From Longivirga aurantiaca (GTDB taxonomy: Bacteria; Actinomycetota; Actinomycetes; S36-B12; CAIYMF01): a stretch of DNA of 32,000 nt. The first letter of the stretch is position 1; the number at the start of each line of letters is the position of its first letter. The notes beneath the pieces were generated by a model that saw only the letters and a program-made list of their open reading frames with translations, ran no database searches and had not been told where the DNA came from. The stretch spans positions 1 to 32,000 of the forward strand of contig NZ_JBHSTI010000003.1 of the NCBI RefSeq assembly GCF_042660085.1. The letters run 5' to 3'. Below, piece after piece: positions 31,073-32,000 of the stretch. Made by a program: the position numbers and the translations under genes.

Positions 31073-32000
31073 GATCTTGATCGTTGGGTTGTGGGGATGA
31101 GAATGGTGGGGCCGCTCGGCGACGCCCTTTCACTCTGGTGCCGGAGAGCCCGAAGAAGAGTCCGGTGCGGGGACCTCGGGTGTGTCGAAGTTGTTGCTGC
31201 GAGCACGTGGGTCTGTATCCATGGCAGAGGTCCCTCCGGGTGGCGTCTCGTTCGCTGATGGTCGGGGGTGGTCGTGATGGATGTGTTGTTCGGCCGGGTT
31301 GCCGGGATCGATGTCGGCAAGGCGACGGTGACGGTGTGCGTGCGGACACCGGGCACCGGTCGTCGGAAACGCGGATGTTCGGCGACGATGACCAGGTCGC
31401 TGGTGGTGATGGCGGACTGGCTCGAGGAGTGCGGTGTGACGCTGATGGCGATGGAGTCGACCGCGACGTACTGGAAGCCGACCTTCTACTGTCTCGAGGA
31501 AGGGATGGAGTGCTGGCTGCTCAACGCCGCGTATATGAAGGCGGTCCCCGGCCGCAAGACCGATGTGCGTGATGCGGAGTGGATCGCTCAGCTCCTGGAA
31601 CACGGGCTGGTGAGTCCGTCGTTCGTGCCGCAGCCGGAGGTCCGCACCTTGCGGAACCTGACGCCGTACCGGCTCCAGCTGATGGGGGATCGGACCCGGG
31701 CCGCGGGTCGGTTGGAGAAGCTGCTCGAGGCGCCTCGATCAAGCTGTCGGTGGTCGCGTCGAACATCACCGCGACGTCGTCGCGGGAGATGCTCGCTGCG
31801 CTGGTGGCCGGCGAGCGGGACGCGGCGGTGATGGCCGACCTCGCGCACTCACGCTGCGGCGCAAGATCCCGATCTGACCGATGCGTTGACCGGGCGCTTC
31901 GACGATCACCACGCGGCGATCGTCGGGCAGCGGCAACCAAACTGGAGCAGACCGAGACCGGACTTCGGGGCATCGACGCCGAGCTCGAGATCCGGATGGT
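31073..32000 (+). mobile_element. IS110-family insertion sequence, copy 2 (diverged; runs off the window)
   Basis: It starts with the same gatcttgatcgtt and directly follows copy 1 head-to-tail. Its left end and transposase are homologous to copy 1. Confidence 0.75.
31277..32000 (+). pseudogene. IS110-family transposase pseudogene (multiple indels)
   Basis: It aligns with copy 1 (MDVLFGRVAGIDVGK..MESTATYWKP..KTDVRDAEWIAQL). There is a 1-nt deletion at about 31731 (gaggcgcctcgatc versus gaggatgcctcgatc in copy 1). Further indels downstream break the frame repeatedly. Confidence 0.85.

Noticed and set aside
26894-32000. attR: a second copy of the tRNA-Thr 3' end marking the island's far border
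   Set aside because: I looked for ttcgattccgataggcggctcca or long parts of it downstream of the integrase and found none. No boundary can be called inside this window.

Overview
This is a very GC-rich, actinobacterial-type chromosomal segment; third codon positions are almost all G or C. I could not run any homology search, so every family call rests on motifs read by eye.

(i) 1-10.5 kb is an accessory-looking redox cluster. It holds a DinB/MDMPI-like protein, a ferredoxin-reductase-type flavoprotein and a cytochrome P450 with its own good promoter. These are followed by a PDR/VanB-type flavin/[2Fe-2S] reductase, a VanA-like Rieske protein with degenerate metal-ligand motifs, and an acetoacetate-decarboxylase-family protein. 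The cluster ends with a small divergent ORF and a large ATP-binding LuxR (LAL) regulator. The LAL stop overlaps (ATGA) the start of a stand-alone sensor-type globin.

(ii) 10.6-26.7 kb is housekeeping backbone: topA, tmk-holB, a convergent icmF with a divergent marR, a membrane protein, an alpha/beta hydrolase, a PSP1-domain protein and a secreted TAP-like lipoprotein hydrolase. A 3-gene block separates topA from tmk (transglutaminase-like, spermidine-synthase-like methyltransferase, unknown). It is bracketed by inverted copies of a 37-nt nested-palindrome repeat (family B).

(iii) 26.8-32 kb starts with tRNA-Thr(CGT) followed by an integrated element. It carries a tyrosine integrase, an Xis-like HTH gene, a phased array of 12-bp direct repeats (4 x 53 bp) and a 120-aa orphan ORF. 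It also carries two head-to-tail, decayed IS110-family copies whose ~220-bp 5' non-coding ends are the kind that encode bridge RNAs.

A second short repeat family (family A, ~59 bp) occurs four times: a tandem pair before the ADC gene and an inverted pair in the divergent promoter region at 22.9-23.15 kb. It consists of a perfect hairpin GGATGAAGG-N3-CCTTCATCC plus CCAATAGAG...CCATCATC.

The most interesting unexplained signals are the 12-mer array, the two repeat families, the pseudo-Rieske oxygenase and the LAL-globin pair. Most other long ORFs in the six-frame track are high-GC shadow ORFs.
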